Shown here: positions 50,122-61,275 of the stretch, piece after piece
Layout: every line of letters starts with the position of its first letter
How positions within the stretch are numbered: position 1 is the first letter of the stretch
Assembly (NCBI GenBank): GCA_048128005.1
Contig: JBEUKZ010000139.1
Coordinates: forward strand, 62,001-126,000
Origin: Veleropilina oligotropha
Taxonomy: Eukaryota
Reading direction: 5' to 3'
Length of the DNA stretch: 64,000 nucleotides
Position numbers and translations under genes: made by a program
Notes under the pieces: generated by a model
Databases searched by the model: none
Told to the model about the DNA's origin: nothing
What the model saw: only the letters and a program-made list of their open reading frames with translations

Positions 50122-51857
50122 GGCTGCGCGCCTGCATTAACCGGCCCGATCTTTGCGGAAGCGAAAACGGTCGGTCGACGATCAGATCGAGGAGGGTCGG
50201 AAACCAAGGTTGCGTGCGATATAGGGGCGCGATTAGCGTTATCTGCAACGTTCGTTCGATGCCTTCTGTAATACCAGTGTTAGAATGCACGACGGGGGGA
50301 AGGCATACGCGGACAGATTCTCCCATGTCATTGACAGTGCGTCGACCGCTAGGGCGGCCGGGTCCGGGTACGGGGAGACATACAGAGGTAGTCGGTAATT
50401 GAACTCTGTTGCAAACAGATCGACTTGGGGTTGCGACCACCGGCGGCAAACGTCCCGAGCTACTCGGCTGTGTAGCGTCCACTCTGTGTGTATGATCTGT
50501 GATTTCCGAGAGAGCGAATTCGCTCTGACATTCAGCTTTCCCGGGATGTGTCGGGCTCGAACCGTCGAGATGAGGGACATCACTAAGCGGTGTAGGTCTA
50601 TTGCTCGGTCGCAAAGGGGACGCGAGCGAGTGCCGCCCTGGTGCTGGATGTAAGCGACGACAGTCGTGTAGTCCGTGGCGAGCATTCTGTGCTTGTAGCG
50701 GAGATGTGACGAGAGGGACCGTACTGACAGGTAGACGGCTTCTAACTCTAGGAAGTTGATATGTCGTCCCTGAAGGTCCGTCGGCCATAGGCCTGATGTC
50801 TCGTAACTGTCGAGGTGACCACCCCAGCCGTCGTTCGAAGCGTCTGTGAACAGGTAAGCGTTCGGCTCTGGCGGGGATATAGGAACCGACTGGTCCGGCA
50901 AAGCAGGGTTCAACCTCACTGCTGTTGTGCTGGTAAACCAATGCCGAAGATCGATGCGATCCGTCCACTGCCCCGTCCGTTGTATCCAGCGATCCCTGAA
51001 CGCCTGGTGTAACGGTCGATTGTCCATGTGACCCGTCGGTAGCAGGGTCGCTGCCGACTCGAAGTGCCCCAGGACAGTGGCCAGTTGTCGCGCTGTAGTT
51101 ATGTCCGATGACAGGGTGTCTGGATAACCGCGCGTAGGTTCCGCATACGTTTCTGGGCCGGTTTCGCGGTGTACCGGACCGTATCGAAGTCGACCCCGAG
51201 AAACGTAAACGTCGTCGAGGGCACGAAGCCGGGTTTTGTCTCATTGATCTGAAATCCCAGGCGCTTCGTTGATGACAGGGTAAAGCTCGTAGACCGGAGG
51301 CACAGATCTCGGGACGCCCCGAGGATCAGCCAGTCGTCGAGGTATATATGTACCCTGAGCCCTAGAGAGTGTAGGAAGGCCCTAAGGGCCTGTACTGTAC
51401 TCGTGAAGACGTACGGGGCTGACGATAGACCGAACGGTAGGCACCTGAATGGTAGATCGTCTCCCCGTGTATAAACCGAAGGTACTGATGAGCCGTGATA
51501 TGCATCGGGACATGCAGATACGCGTCGGTCAGATCGATAGACGCTGCCCAGTCGCCCGGACGGATGGCCGCTCGTATCTTCGAGAGGGTTTTCTTGCTGG
51601 AATTTCTCGGTACGAAGATATAGTTTACGAGAGATCGAAGATCGGTCGCTAGCGGCCATCGGGATTCGGGACCAGGAAGAAATGGCTGTATTATCCTGGT
51701 GTGCTGGGCGGCGCGGGATATATTGCTCCTTGAGGAGTAGGTCCCGCACTGCCTGGTCTAAGACCGCTCGCTTCTCTCCGTTTAGGAGGCGAGCGTGTCT
51801 TGGTGGTGGTGCCTCGTTTAGGGTCGGATGCCGGTTGAACCAACTTGTATCCGGCAC
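50100..51857 (-). pseudogene. DIRS reverse transcriptase / RNase H / methyltransferase-like polyprotein (frameshifted)
   Basis: FRCLPFGLSSAPYVFT, HIYLDDWLI; LFTDASNDGWG, HINFLELEAV, YIQHQGGTRS; QVDLFA...VDALSMTW...YAFPP. Confidence 0.92.
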
Positions 51858-52046
51858 TCACGACGGAGGGACCCAGCTACTGTCTGGTAGTCTAGCCACG
51901 GCTGGCTGTACGCTAACAGATACGCTTCCACCGGCGGAAGCGGGTAGCTGGGACTGTCGTGTGTGCCGGCAGCCCTAGGGCCGAGGCTTCCCTCTCCCGC
52001 TCAGCGTACGGGAGCTTGTTGGAGGTGCTTGCCTCTTCGGAGTGGG

Positions 52047-53966
52047 TTAATGGCCGGGGCCTACCACCAGAAGAGGGTCATGCACGCTTGGAAGGCTTCG
52101 GGGCCCAGGTGGGCCCTGAACGCTTCCTCGAGTCGGCGGGTGGACCCCCGGGGGGGGTGCAGCACCGCCTACTCGATGGTACGGTCCGTCAGGTCCGCCG
52201 CTCTCTGTCGACGAATCCGAGAAATCGTCGGCAAATAGAGTGGCGGCCGAGCAAGGCACGCATCGCAACGAGCGCCGGGTGGCCTCATCTAGCGAGGTGC
52301 CTTCAAGGTAAGCGACCCTACGAAGTAGGAGTGCGTTACCCAGGACACGTCCCATCTCCAACGCGTTGGTCTCCATAACGGCAGCAACCTCCTGGAGGAA
52401 GGACAGGGCAGCCCACGGGCGCCGGGTCCATCCTCCTGTAATACGGCTATCGTCCCGTCTAGGAAAAATCCTGAACGGACGACGGCCGCAGAGCCCATCG
52501 GGCGGAGCTCTCGAAAGCTTCCAAGGCGAACCCAGGAACTCTCGCTACAGAGGGAGTGTGACTGGCGGTCAGTCAACGCAACGCTGCGTCAACACGAACC
52601 GGCTCAGTCGCCAGGCACGGACCAGTACATGCGAACGGGATCGAACGCGAACTGGCCCGGAGGTACCTCCCACTACGGAACCCCGAAGGGTACTCGGTCA
52701 GTGGGGAGGACTCCACCGGATTGCGCCCCCGACTGAGCTTGGTTGTCGAGTCAACACCCGATCAATCAGCCCAGACTGAGGTAAGGAAGGAAGCAAGGGG
52801 GCTTCCTTCTCAACAAACCGATGCGCCGCCGTCCTGTGCTTGACCGGGCCTACATACGACCGAGTCGGTTCCGGCAGGTCAAGCACCCCGCGAAGTGACG
52901 CAACAGCGTCGAGTTCGGCGGGTGGTGGAGGTCGGCTCCTGCGTGCCTGGAAGACTACTAGCGTCTTCGGGCCCGACCGATACAGGGAGGTCGGAGTGAG
53001 TGGAGTCGAGGTCCTCGTCGGAACGAGGTTCGATCCCCACCACGGAGGCAGGAGCCGTGCTCTGCGCCACAGGCAGAGGTGTAGGTACCTGGAGCGGCTA
53101 GGAAGCCGGTTGTCAGGCCCGACATCGGGACTCGAACTCCGCCGCGAACATAGCCTGGACGTTCTCTAAAGAGAAACCCGGAGGCATGACGGGCGTCGAA
53201 CTAACAGCCGGTAGTTCGGTCGAAGTCACCGTGGCGCTAGGTAGACGGGCTGCATGGACAGGTGTAGCCGAGAACCAGGGTCTCGGGACACGTGTCGAGT
53301 GGTCGAACCCGAAAGAACGGCCCGGAGGCGCGTTCGGTGGGCCGGACGACCGGTAGGACTGCGGCAACAGTCCGTATCGGTCTACCACTCTGTTCGCGAG
53401 AGGCACGGTCGGAAAACCGCCGTAGAACCCCTCACCGAACGCAGCCGGTCTGTCCACGTTCTCTAGCGTGACCATCGTGGGTGCACGGGAGAGAACGGGC
53501 CCTCTGAAAAGCTCGTGAGCATCGAGGTTGAGCGGAAAACCCTTAGGGGTAGTCGCGTCGGTCTCGAACGAGGATTCAGGTGTCGCCGATTGTCCGAGTC
53601 TTAGACCTACAAGTAGGTGCCCGGCCTCTTTAAAGGCTTTCTCTGCATTGGGTCTGTCACCGTAGGAAGACGGTGAGTTTCCCGCAGAAGGACTAACTGT
53701 CCCCTATTCTTCGAGGCCGAAGAAAAGGATGGGGAATGTCTGCCCTGTTCAGCGGTTCGCTGCGTTGCCAGATATACCTTGCTAGCCGGCAAGGTATGGT
53801 TGGCTGCAGTTACTAGGCCCGTTTTAGGAGGATCGAACAGCACTCGGGCTCCTACCTGAATCTGGGGTCCCGGCAAGGTTACGGCGACTCTCCCATGAGT
53901 CGCGGAGGTTACGCCGGTAGATCCGGCGACAGACGGCCCTTTAAGGTCTACTGTCGTCCAGCGTCC
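52047..53966 (-). pseudogene. DIRS gag-like region (frameshifted)
   Basis: GC-rich, Pro/Ser-rich ORF pieces upstream of RT; LGNALLLRRVAYL...LRCVPCSAATLF resembles DIRS gag C-termini. Confidence 0.6.
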
Positions 53967-55337
53967 CTGAAGTAGACAAAAAAACGTTAATTTTCCCTTT
54001 AACCTACCATTTTGTCCCTTCTCGGGGGAGAACCCACCGTGGTAACCGCACTGGTCGGCGTCATCGGTGGATATACGATCGCCCACTGCCTGCTGTTAAA
54101 TCTAGGCACAGTTCACATGTATATATATATACGGTGAACACGGCATTCCGTGCGCCTAGAAAACCGTGAAACTTCGGGTTACACCCGGAGTTGCACCGGA
54201 CCAAACTTCCCTCTCCCTGAATACACGGGAGGGTAGTAGTGGGTGGAACGGGGTAGTTAAAAGTATATATTTGGTAGTTGTGACTATTTACTACGACAAC
54301 TCTTAAAATTGCCCTGATCTGAAGATCAAAGATCAGGCGATATACCGCAAAAACCCCGAACTGGGAACACCGAGGTCGGGTATTTACCCGACACGACCCG
54401 GTAAAAAACCCGGCAAATTGACTAGAACAAACGGGGGTTCTTTCTTAGAAAAAACCGCCCTGAAAAACACCTGAAAACCTCGTGGATGTTTTTATGTTAG
54501 TACAATTGTGTATTATCCCAGAAACAGCAGGATAACAGAAAAACGCAAGCGTGATATCTAAATGATCCTGCCTTTTAACAACGCTAGAAATTTTATACAA
54601 TAATAACCAGCAAATAGCGTCGTTAAGGAATTATCCAATATAGTGAGTTACCTGTTTGCAGTCTCAAACAATATCAGATAAATATACCGACCAGAAATTT
54701 CTGCTACACACGAAACTTTCCCTCTAAGCGGCCATGCTTTTTCACAGCAACAGCGACGATGTCGGTTTCACTTGATCCAGAACTTCTCGAAGTTTTGAGA
54801 ATCACAATCTTCTTATATTCACTCGTGTTTTGTATCCACAACACAGGGTTATATTCCACCACTTATATTCTAATATAAGTAAAATATTTGCGCCCCGATT
54901 TAACGTGAAATCAGGCGCCTATTTCGAAATATTTGCGGAGCAAAAACAACGTCTTTCCGTCTCAGCGGAAAACTTTGAATTGAGGTCTTCTGACTTCGAT
55001 GGTTCTGAAGTCGCGCGAGACTTGGCGAGATCTCGCTGGGGGAACGTAGGAGAGGGGTAGCAGGGGAGGTGATCGTGGTACGTTTTGACTTATAAATAGT
55101 GCATGATGTGACATATTCACTGTTTCCGGTTAGCGATAATATTACTATTATGGCAAGAGTAAGGACGTAAGTATGTTTGTAACTACATTTTGCATTTACA
55201 TACATATAATGCACAAATAATTTATATTTTTATTTCAGAAAACAGGAGTGCTATTCGCATATTTAATATAAATGTTTTGGTGTAATCTGATAAAGAACAT
55301 AAGTATATTGTACATTGATATGCATTTCTAATCATGA

Positions 55338-56470
55338 TGAAGCTAGCGAATCCTCGACCCAGCAAGTCGAGGGGATGTATCCACTCTCACGGTAGAAAAC
55401 ATCAATGTGCAGCGTGTCCTCATCAAACCAAAAACGTATACCAAATTTGAATAAAATAAGATTCGTACTATTCACTGTAGATCGCGCACAATAAATATCT
55501 TCAAATGAAACAGCTGCCGCGACGGCCATCTTGGATCCAAAAACAAAAGGAAATCGTTAGGCGGCATGTCCTCATCATAACTAACATGCATATCAAATTT
55601 GAATCAAATAGGAAAATAACTTTTCCCTGTAGAACACGCACAAGAAATCTCTTCAAATAAAATGGCCGCCACGGCGGCCATCATGGATCAGAAAAGAACT
55701 AAAATCGTTACGTGGCATGTCCTCATCATAACTATCATGTATACCAACTTTGAATCAATTGGATAACAACTTTTCACTGTAGAGCAGGCACCAGAAATCT
55801 CTTCAATGAAAATGGTCACCATGGCGCCATCTTGGATACAAAAATGACGAAAATCATTACATGGTGTTTCCTCATCATAACTAACATGCATACCAAATTT
55901 GAATTAAATCGAATAATAACATTTCACTGTAGAGCGCGCACAGGAAATTTAATCCACCAAAATGGCCGCCAAGGCGGCCATCTTGGATCCGAAAATGATG
56001 AAAATATTTAGGCGGCATGTCCTCATCACAAATAAAGCGCATTCCAAATATGAATCAAATCGGATAATAACTTTTCACTGTAGAGCCGCCACAAGAAATC
56101 TCGTCAAACAAAATGGCCACCATGGCGGCCATCTTTTATCCAAAAACGACGGAAATATTTAGGCGGCATGTACTCATCATAACATCGCGCATACCAAATA
56201 TGAAACAAATCGGATAATATGTTTTTCACTGTAGATTGCACACAGGAAATCTCTCTAAACAAAATGGCTGTCACGGGAGCCATCTTGGATCTGAAAATGA
56301 CGAAAATCGTTAGGTGGTGTGTCCTCATCATAACTGACGTGCATACCAAATTTGAATCAAATTGGATTAGAACCTTTCACTGTAGAGCGCACACAATAAA
56401 TCTCTGCGGCGGCGGCTGAACGATGATTAAACCATATTATCCCCGAAATGTTAAATTTTGGGGATACAAT
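55338..56470 (+). mobile_element. Helentron-associated element (HINE) with ~151-bp core repeats (about 6.5 copies)
   Basis: 5' hairpin CCTCGAC..GTCGAGG plus TGTATCC; 3' hairpin TATCCCCGAAA..TTTTGGGGATA plus GGATACA; CCATC(T/A)T motif at ~151-bp period from ~55525. Confidence 0.8.
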
Positions 56471-56632
56471 TATGAGATATTTCAACATATTCCACAGGCA
56501 TAAACGCCTGGCTACCTTCATGTGTAGGCTTGAGAAACCTGGTCTATTAAAAACAAATCATACCAGGCAAGCAGGATATATCAGGTCTACAGATGAAGAA
56601 AAACATGGCCTCTTGTGCGACGGAAATATCTT

Positions 56633-57484
56633 CTACAGATCACAGCACGTTGCTTCGCCTTCTCCCGGTGCAAGTGAACAGACTACGCAAACCCCTCCTT
56701 GTGAAGGATCATGCGACTCCTTAGACGCGATCTCGTGGAACGATTTCCCACAGACCGCACATTGGTGTGACTTCTCCTCAGTGTGGGTGAGAATGTGTCT
56801 ATTGAATTGACTCAAGCGCATGAATGATTTGTCACACGTCATGCACTGATGTGGTTTACCTCTGTGCAACAACATATGGTTTTTTAGATTCCCAAAGACG
56901 CCGAATGCCTTTGCACATATCGTACATTGATGAGGCTTCTCCCCAGTGTGAATGAACATGTGTCGAGTTAAAGAAGCCGGCAGACCGAACGACTTCTTGC
57001 ATACAGGGCATTCATGCGGCTTCTCCGCCATGTGGGTCAGCATATGCGTCTTTAAATGCGTCAAGCGGCTGCAAGACTTCTCGCACACGTCACATTGGTA
57101 TGGTTTCCTACCCGTGTGCAAGAAGATGTGATCCTTTAAGCTGCTTGATCGGCTGAACGACTTCATACACAAGGTACACTGGAATGGTTTTTCTCCCGTG
57201 TGGACCAACATATGCCTATCCAGATCATTCGGACGACGGAATGATTTGTCGCATGCAATACATTGATATGTTTTTTCCATGTGCGTAACCATATGCTTCT
57301 TAAGACTATCCGAGTAGTCGAACAGCTTAGAGCAGATCTCACATTGATATGTTTCTGTGCCCGTATGGATTAACGTGTGGCTGATCAGGTGACCAGGAAG
57401 ACGGAACGTCTTGTCACACACTGCACATTGATACGGCTTGCTATCGCTAGGCTCTGCCGTACTTGTGTCTTGTAACTCCAACAT
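56633..57484 (-). CDS. C2H2 zinc-finger protein (8 intact fingers, ninth frameshifted)
   Basis: Tandem CxxC-x12-HxxxH with TGEKP-type linkers; the ninth finger continues in another frame (TRSRLRSRMILH). Confidence 0.85.
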   Translation of the reverse strand: MLELQDTSTAEPSDSKPYQCAVCDKTFRLPGHLISHTLIHTGTETYQCEICSKLFDYSDSLKKHMVTHMEKTYQCIACDKSFRRPNDLDRHMLVHTGEKPFQCTLCMKSFSRSSSLKDHIFLHTGRKPYQCDVCEKSCSRLTHLKTHMLTHMAEKPHECPVCKKSFGLPASLTRHMFIHTGEKPHQCTICAKAFGVFGNLKNHMLLHRGKPHQCMTCDKSFMRLSQFNRHILTHTEEKSHQCAVCGKSFHEIASKESHDPSQGGVCVVCSLAPGEGEATCCDL

Positions 57485-57769
57485 CTCTGCACTGTTGATT
57501 CCTTAAGGTAATATCAGTAATATGACGCAGTAGGTTGCAACTTGCTCGCACAAAGCAGAATCAGTGGATCCATGGTGGAAATATCGCACAACAAATTTAC
57601 GATACTATTGGTATTTGCAAATTTGCAACACTTGGAGACAACAATCTACAAAAGAAAAAAGAACAAATGAAATAAACACACACATCTTGCATAATCAAGC
57701 CCATCTGTTGCCTCAGCTGATAGAATTTTGTGGAGCCTGCACTATCGGGTAAATAGATGGATATATTAA

Positions 57770-58560
57770 TGCTTAATATTCTATATATATAATATGCAAC
57801 CATCAGGTTTAATCAACGTTGGACATGTCCATATTATTGCAGGAGGAAAGCCTGGTGCTCGGGGGAACTCTCCCTCTCCAGTCAGCCTGGTGCTCGGGGG
57901 AACTATCCCTCTCCAGTCAGCCCGGTGCCCGGGGGATCTCTCCCTCTCCAGGCATCCCGGTGCTCGGGGGAACTCTCCCTCTCCAGGTAGCCCGGTGCCC
58001 GGGGGAACTCTCCCTCTCCAGGCAGCCCGGTGCTCGGGGAAATCTCCCTCTCCAGTCAACCCGGTGCTCGGGGGAACTCTCCCTCTCCAGTCAGCCCGGT
58101 GCTCGGGGGAACTCTCCCTCTCCAGGCAGCCCGGTGCCCGGGGGAACTCTCCTTCTCCAGTCAGGCCGGTGCTCGGGGGAACTCTCCCTCTCCAGTCAGC
58201 TCGGTGCTCGGGGGAACTCTCCGTCTCCAGTCAGCCCGTTGCTCGGGGGAACTCTCCCTCTCCAGTCAGCCTGGTGCTCGGGGGAACTCTCCCTCTCCAG
58301 TCAGCCCGGTGCTTGGGGGAACTCTCCCTCTCCAGTCAGCCTGGTGCTCGGGGGAACTCTCCCTCTCCAGTCAGCCCGGTGCTTGGGGGAACTCTCCCTC
58401 TCCAGTCAGTTAAGGACTACTGAGAGTGATACCTGAACAAAGAATGCTAGGACACCAACCGATTTTCGAACACACCACTGTTAGTGTCAGCGGAATCAAG
58501 CCAGTGATTTTCGTAGTCTGGAACCGAAACCACACGACTGTTACTAGTGTTAGTTAGCGC
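57770..58560 (-). mobile_element. Family-1 SINE whose core has expanded into a minisatellite
   Basis: SINE tail (ATGCTTAATATT..GGACATGTCC..GGAGGAAA) on the left; SINE head (GCGGAATCAAGCCAGTGA..AAACCACACGACTG) on the right. Confidence 0.75.
57851..58409 (+). repeat. 35-bp minisatellite (CCCGGTGCTCGGGGGAACTCTCCCTCTCCAGTCAG), ~16 copies
   Basis: Direct inspection; occasional 34-bp and substitution variants. Confidence 0.95.
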
Positions 58561-59281
58561 TATCGAGTCACATATTTCAGAATCTGCACTCCATACCTAG
58601 TTAACGCATAAGATTATGGAAGGTAGCTAGCTTGTGCGGTTTTGGACAAAGGCCTTGCCAAATATAGCCTATTATTATTTTTTATTGTCATTTCTTGTCA
58701 TCGATTGGTTAAAAACAAGTCTCGTGATATACTGAACAAGAACGATGCATTCGGAATAGATCTTGCCCTTTTCTTTATTTCTGTCAAATTTTCATAACAG
58801 TTATAACGTCAGCCCGGTGCTTGGGGGAACTCTCCCTCTCCAGTCAGCCCGGTGCTTGGGGGAACTCTCCCTCTCCAGTCAGCTAAGGACTACTGAGAGT
58901 GATACCTGAACAAAGAATGTTAAGACACCAACCGATTTTCGAACACACCACTGTTAGTGTCAGCGGAATCAAGCCAGTGATTTTCGTAGTCTGGAACCGA
59001 AACCAAACGACTGTTACTAGTGTTAGTTAGCGCTATCGAGTCACATATTTCAGAATCTGCACTCCATACCTAGTTAACGCATAAGATTATGGAAGGTAGC
59101 TAGCTTGTGCGGTTTTGGACAAAGGCCTTGCCAAATATAGCCTATTATTATTTTGTATTGTCATTTCTTGTCATCGATTGGTTAAAAACAAGTCTCGTGA
59201 TATACTGACCAAGAACGATGCGTTCGGAATATGTCTTGATCTTTTCTTTATTTCCGTCAAATTTTCATTACAGTTATAACG
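58336..59281 (+). repeat. Recent 473-bp tandem duplication
   Basis: TAAGGACTACTGAGAG at 58411 and 58884; copies differ by a few substitutions; second copy starts at ~58809. Confidence 0.92.
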
Positions 59282-59892
59282 TTACAATGGCTAAGTGCAC
59301 TTCATGGCTTTACTATCCCGTCGATTGTGACGTCTCCCAATGACGATTAATCTAAAGCGTCATCGTAAAGACGTCATTGCTATTTTTGTAATAAAATCGC
59401 ATTAAGCAGGGATTTTTTGGTTCTTTTTAATAAAAAAAAATATGTTACAATGTGGAAGTAGAATTATCCTCTCCAATTTATGCGCAACTCGCTAATGTCG
59501 TAACACGGGATCTATACTTATCAGCTATTTGTGTGCATTAGGTATGTTATTTAATTACGTTATTGTTGTCATTCTCTGGCTATATCTTTTTGTACATTGA
59601 TCTTGTGCCAATAAAAGAATATTGTATTGTCGTCATTCTTGCCTTGATAAAAAAACGACCTAATGTCACACGTATCAGTAGTACGAGTCAGCGGTATCAC
59701 GACAATTCGACCCTAAACAAATATGTCCCGTAGTAAATATGACAATTCGCCCCCAGAGGCCTAGACAAAAAAGAAGACATCGCAGGGTACGGATTTCATA
59801 ATTTTCATGTGTGTATAATCTCTATTCTGCGTTCGTATCTATAGGTGCTACCTACAACATACTATTTTTTGCGAAGATGGCCCGTAGATTTG

Positions 59893-60000
59893 TACGGAAG
59901 CGTATTAGGGCCACAAAGAAATAAAATAATATATCGAAATTTCGACTTTATAATGTCGAAATTTCGAATTTAAAAAGTCGAAATTTCGACTTTTCAAGTA
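59893..60000 (+). mobile_element. One end of an IS3EU-like non-autonomous element
   Basis: TACGGAAGCGTATTAGGGCCAC terminus followed by TCGAAATTTCGA palindromic repeats; partner TIR not found. Confidence 0.35.
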
Positions 60001-61039
60001 GGTCTACTGCAATGCCTAAAACAATGGTTCCAATCCTGTTTGCGGAATATTTCCGCTGTAATCGGTATAAAAGCATCTCATCGTTCAAAGTATCAAGACA
60101 ATCTTTAAGAGAAGAGTTGTTCTCCAATATAGGCTTAATTATTATCAATATCGTTTGATGAACTGATGTTAGGAGTATTTGATGATTCAAATCGAATTGG
60201 CCTAGATTTACTTTGAGGTAAAATGTGGTCATCAGATAGTTTCATTATATAGACATTTCGAACTATAATGAATCACGAACTTAAAGGGAATGCTTCTACT
60301 TTGTAGGCCAACACTAAAATGGGCTTCAAGTGACATTTACTACACCCATATTTATTGCATACAGTCTTGTCGGTTTACTTACTTTAGGGACTATCAAATC
60401 CTGTAATAAAAGCTAACATCCACTAATTAATGTTTTAAATTGACGTATTGAATTATAGATTAAATTAAGCGAAATATGATTGATTGATTTTATTAAGCAA
60501 GGACACACAACAAAGCAAAGATAACACAGAAAGCATAATATTATAAAGATTAACATTTCCACTGTGGTCCATACTAGATGCATAATTACAATAACAAAAC
60601 AATATAATATATACACACATATTAATACAAATCACGCTGTCTGATAGTATTTAACATTTCTGTAGGTATCCAAGACTCTGTTCGCTGTTTGAGACGTATC
60701 TCAAGGATTGGTGCAACACTATCAATTAGACCTACCGACAAGGATACTAGTATATATGTTTAAATAACGGCTTATTCTAACTGCATGACTACAAGATACA
60801 ACATCTATCCGGTTTATATTTCACTTGAAAATCAATTATGTAATAGGTTTTCATCGATCTGATCTTCATCGTTTTATGTTGATTGAACTTACAGTTAGGC
60901 ACAATTCAATCAGATTGCGTTCCATAAAAATAAGCTGATATTAAAAACCAAATGGATCATACTCAAAATGTATGTATTTGACCTTTTATATGATGGCATA
61001 GCATACTATTTTCAATACAAGTGGCCTCCCCGATGGTCA

Positions 61040-61275
61040 TATGGCATGACGTGCCAACTCTGAAATCATTGGATCGATTGCGGTAATTAAGATGAGTGGT
61101 TGCGAATCTTGGCTGGGGCATTAACATTCTTTGTTCGGTTATCAATCGCAGTTGTCCGTAGCTGGCCAGAGAGGGCGTGTTTCGCCTTCAGGCTGGCCTT
61201 TTCTCTCTCAATAATATGGACATGTCCTGTCTTGAATCTGATGGTTGAAAATATTCCGAGTATTAAGCATCAAAC
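61040..61275 (+). mobile_element. SINE (family 1, diverged)
   Basis: GCAGTTGTCCGTAGCTGGCCAGAGAGGGCG, GGACATGTCCTGTCTTGAA, ATTAAGCATC. Confidence 0.65.

Larger units (their letters stand above)
47893..55188 (-). mobile_element. Full-length DIRS1-like tyrosine-recombinase retrotransposon
   Basis: ~205-bp inverted terminal repeats (~47928-48135 / ~54972-55178); internal complementary region ~48197-48287 juxtaposing both termini (AAAACCTCAT|ATGTAGTTACAAAC); gag, RT/RNase H/methyltransferase and recombinase remnants. Confidence 0.95.

Noticed and set aside
50239..50450. Horizontally acquired bacterial DNA adenine methyltransferase
   Set aside because: The DLFA...YAFPP domain is a known standard part of DIRS pol, in its usual position after RNase H.
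57781..58436. Three 127-209 aa Gly/Pro/Ser-rich ORFs
   Set aside because: They are translations of the SINE-derived 35-bp minisatellite.
59948..60232. 94-aa minus-strand ORF
   Set aside because: No recognisable motif, and its 3' end runs into palindromic MITE repeats.
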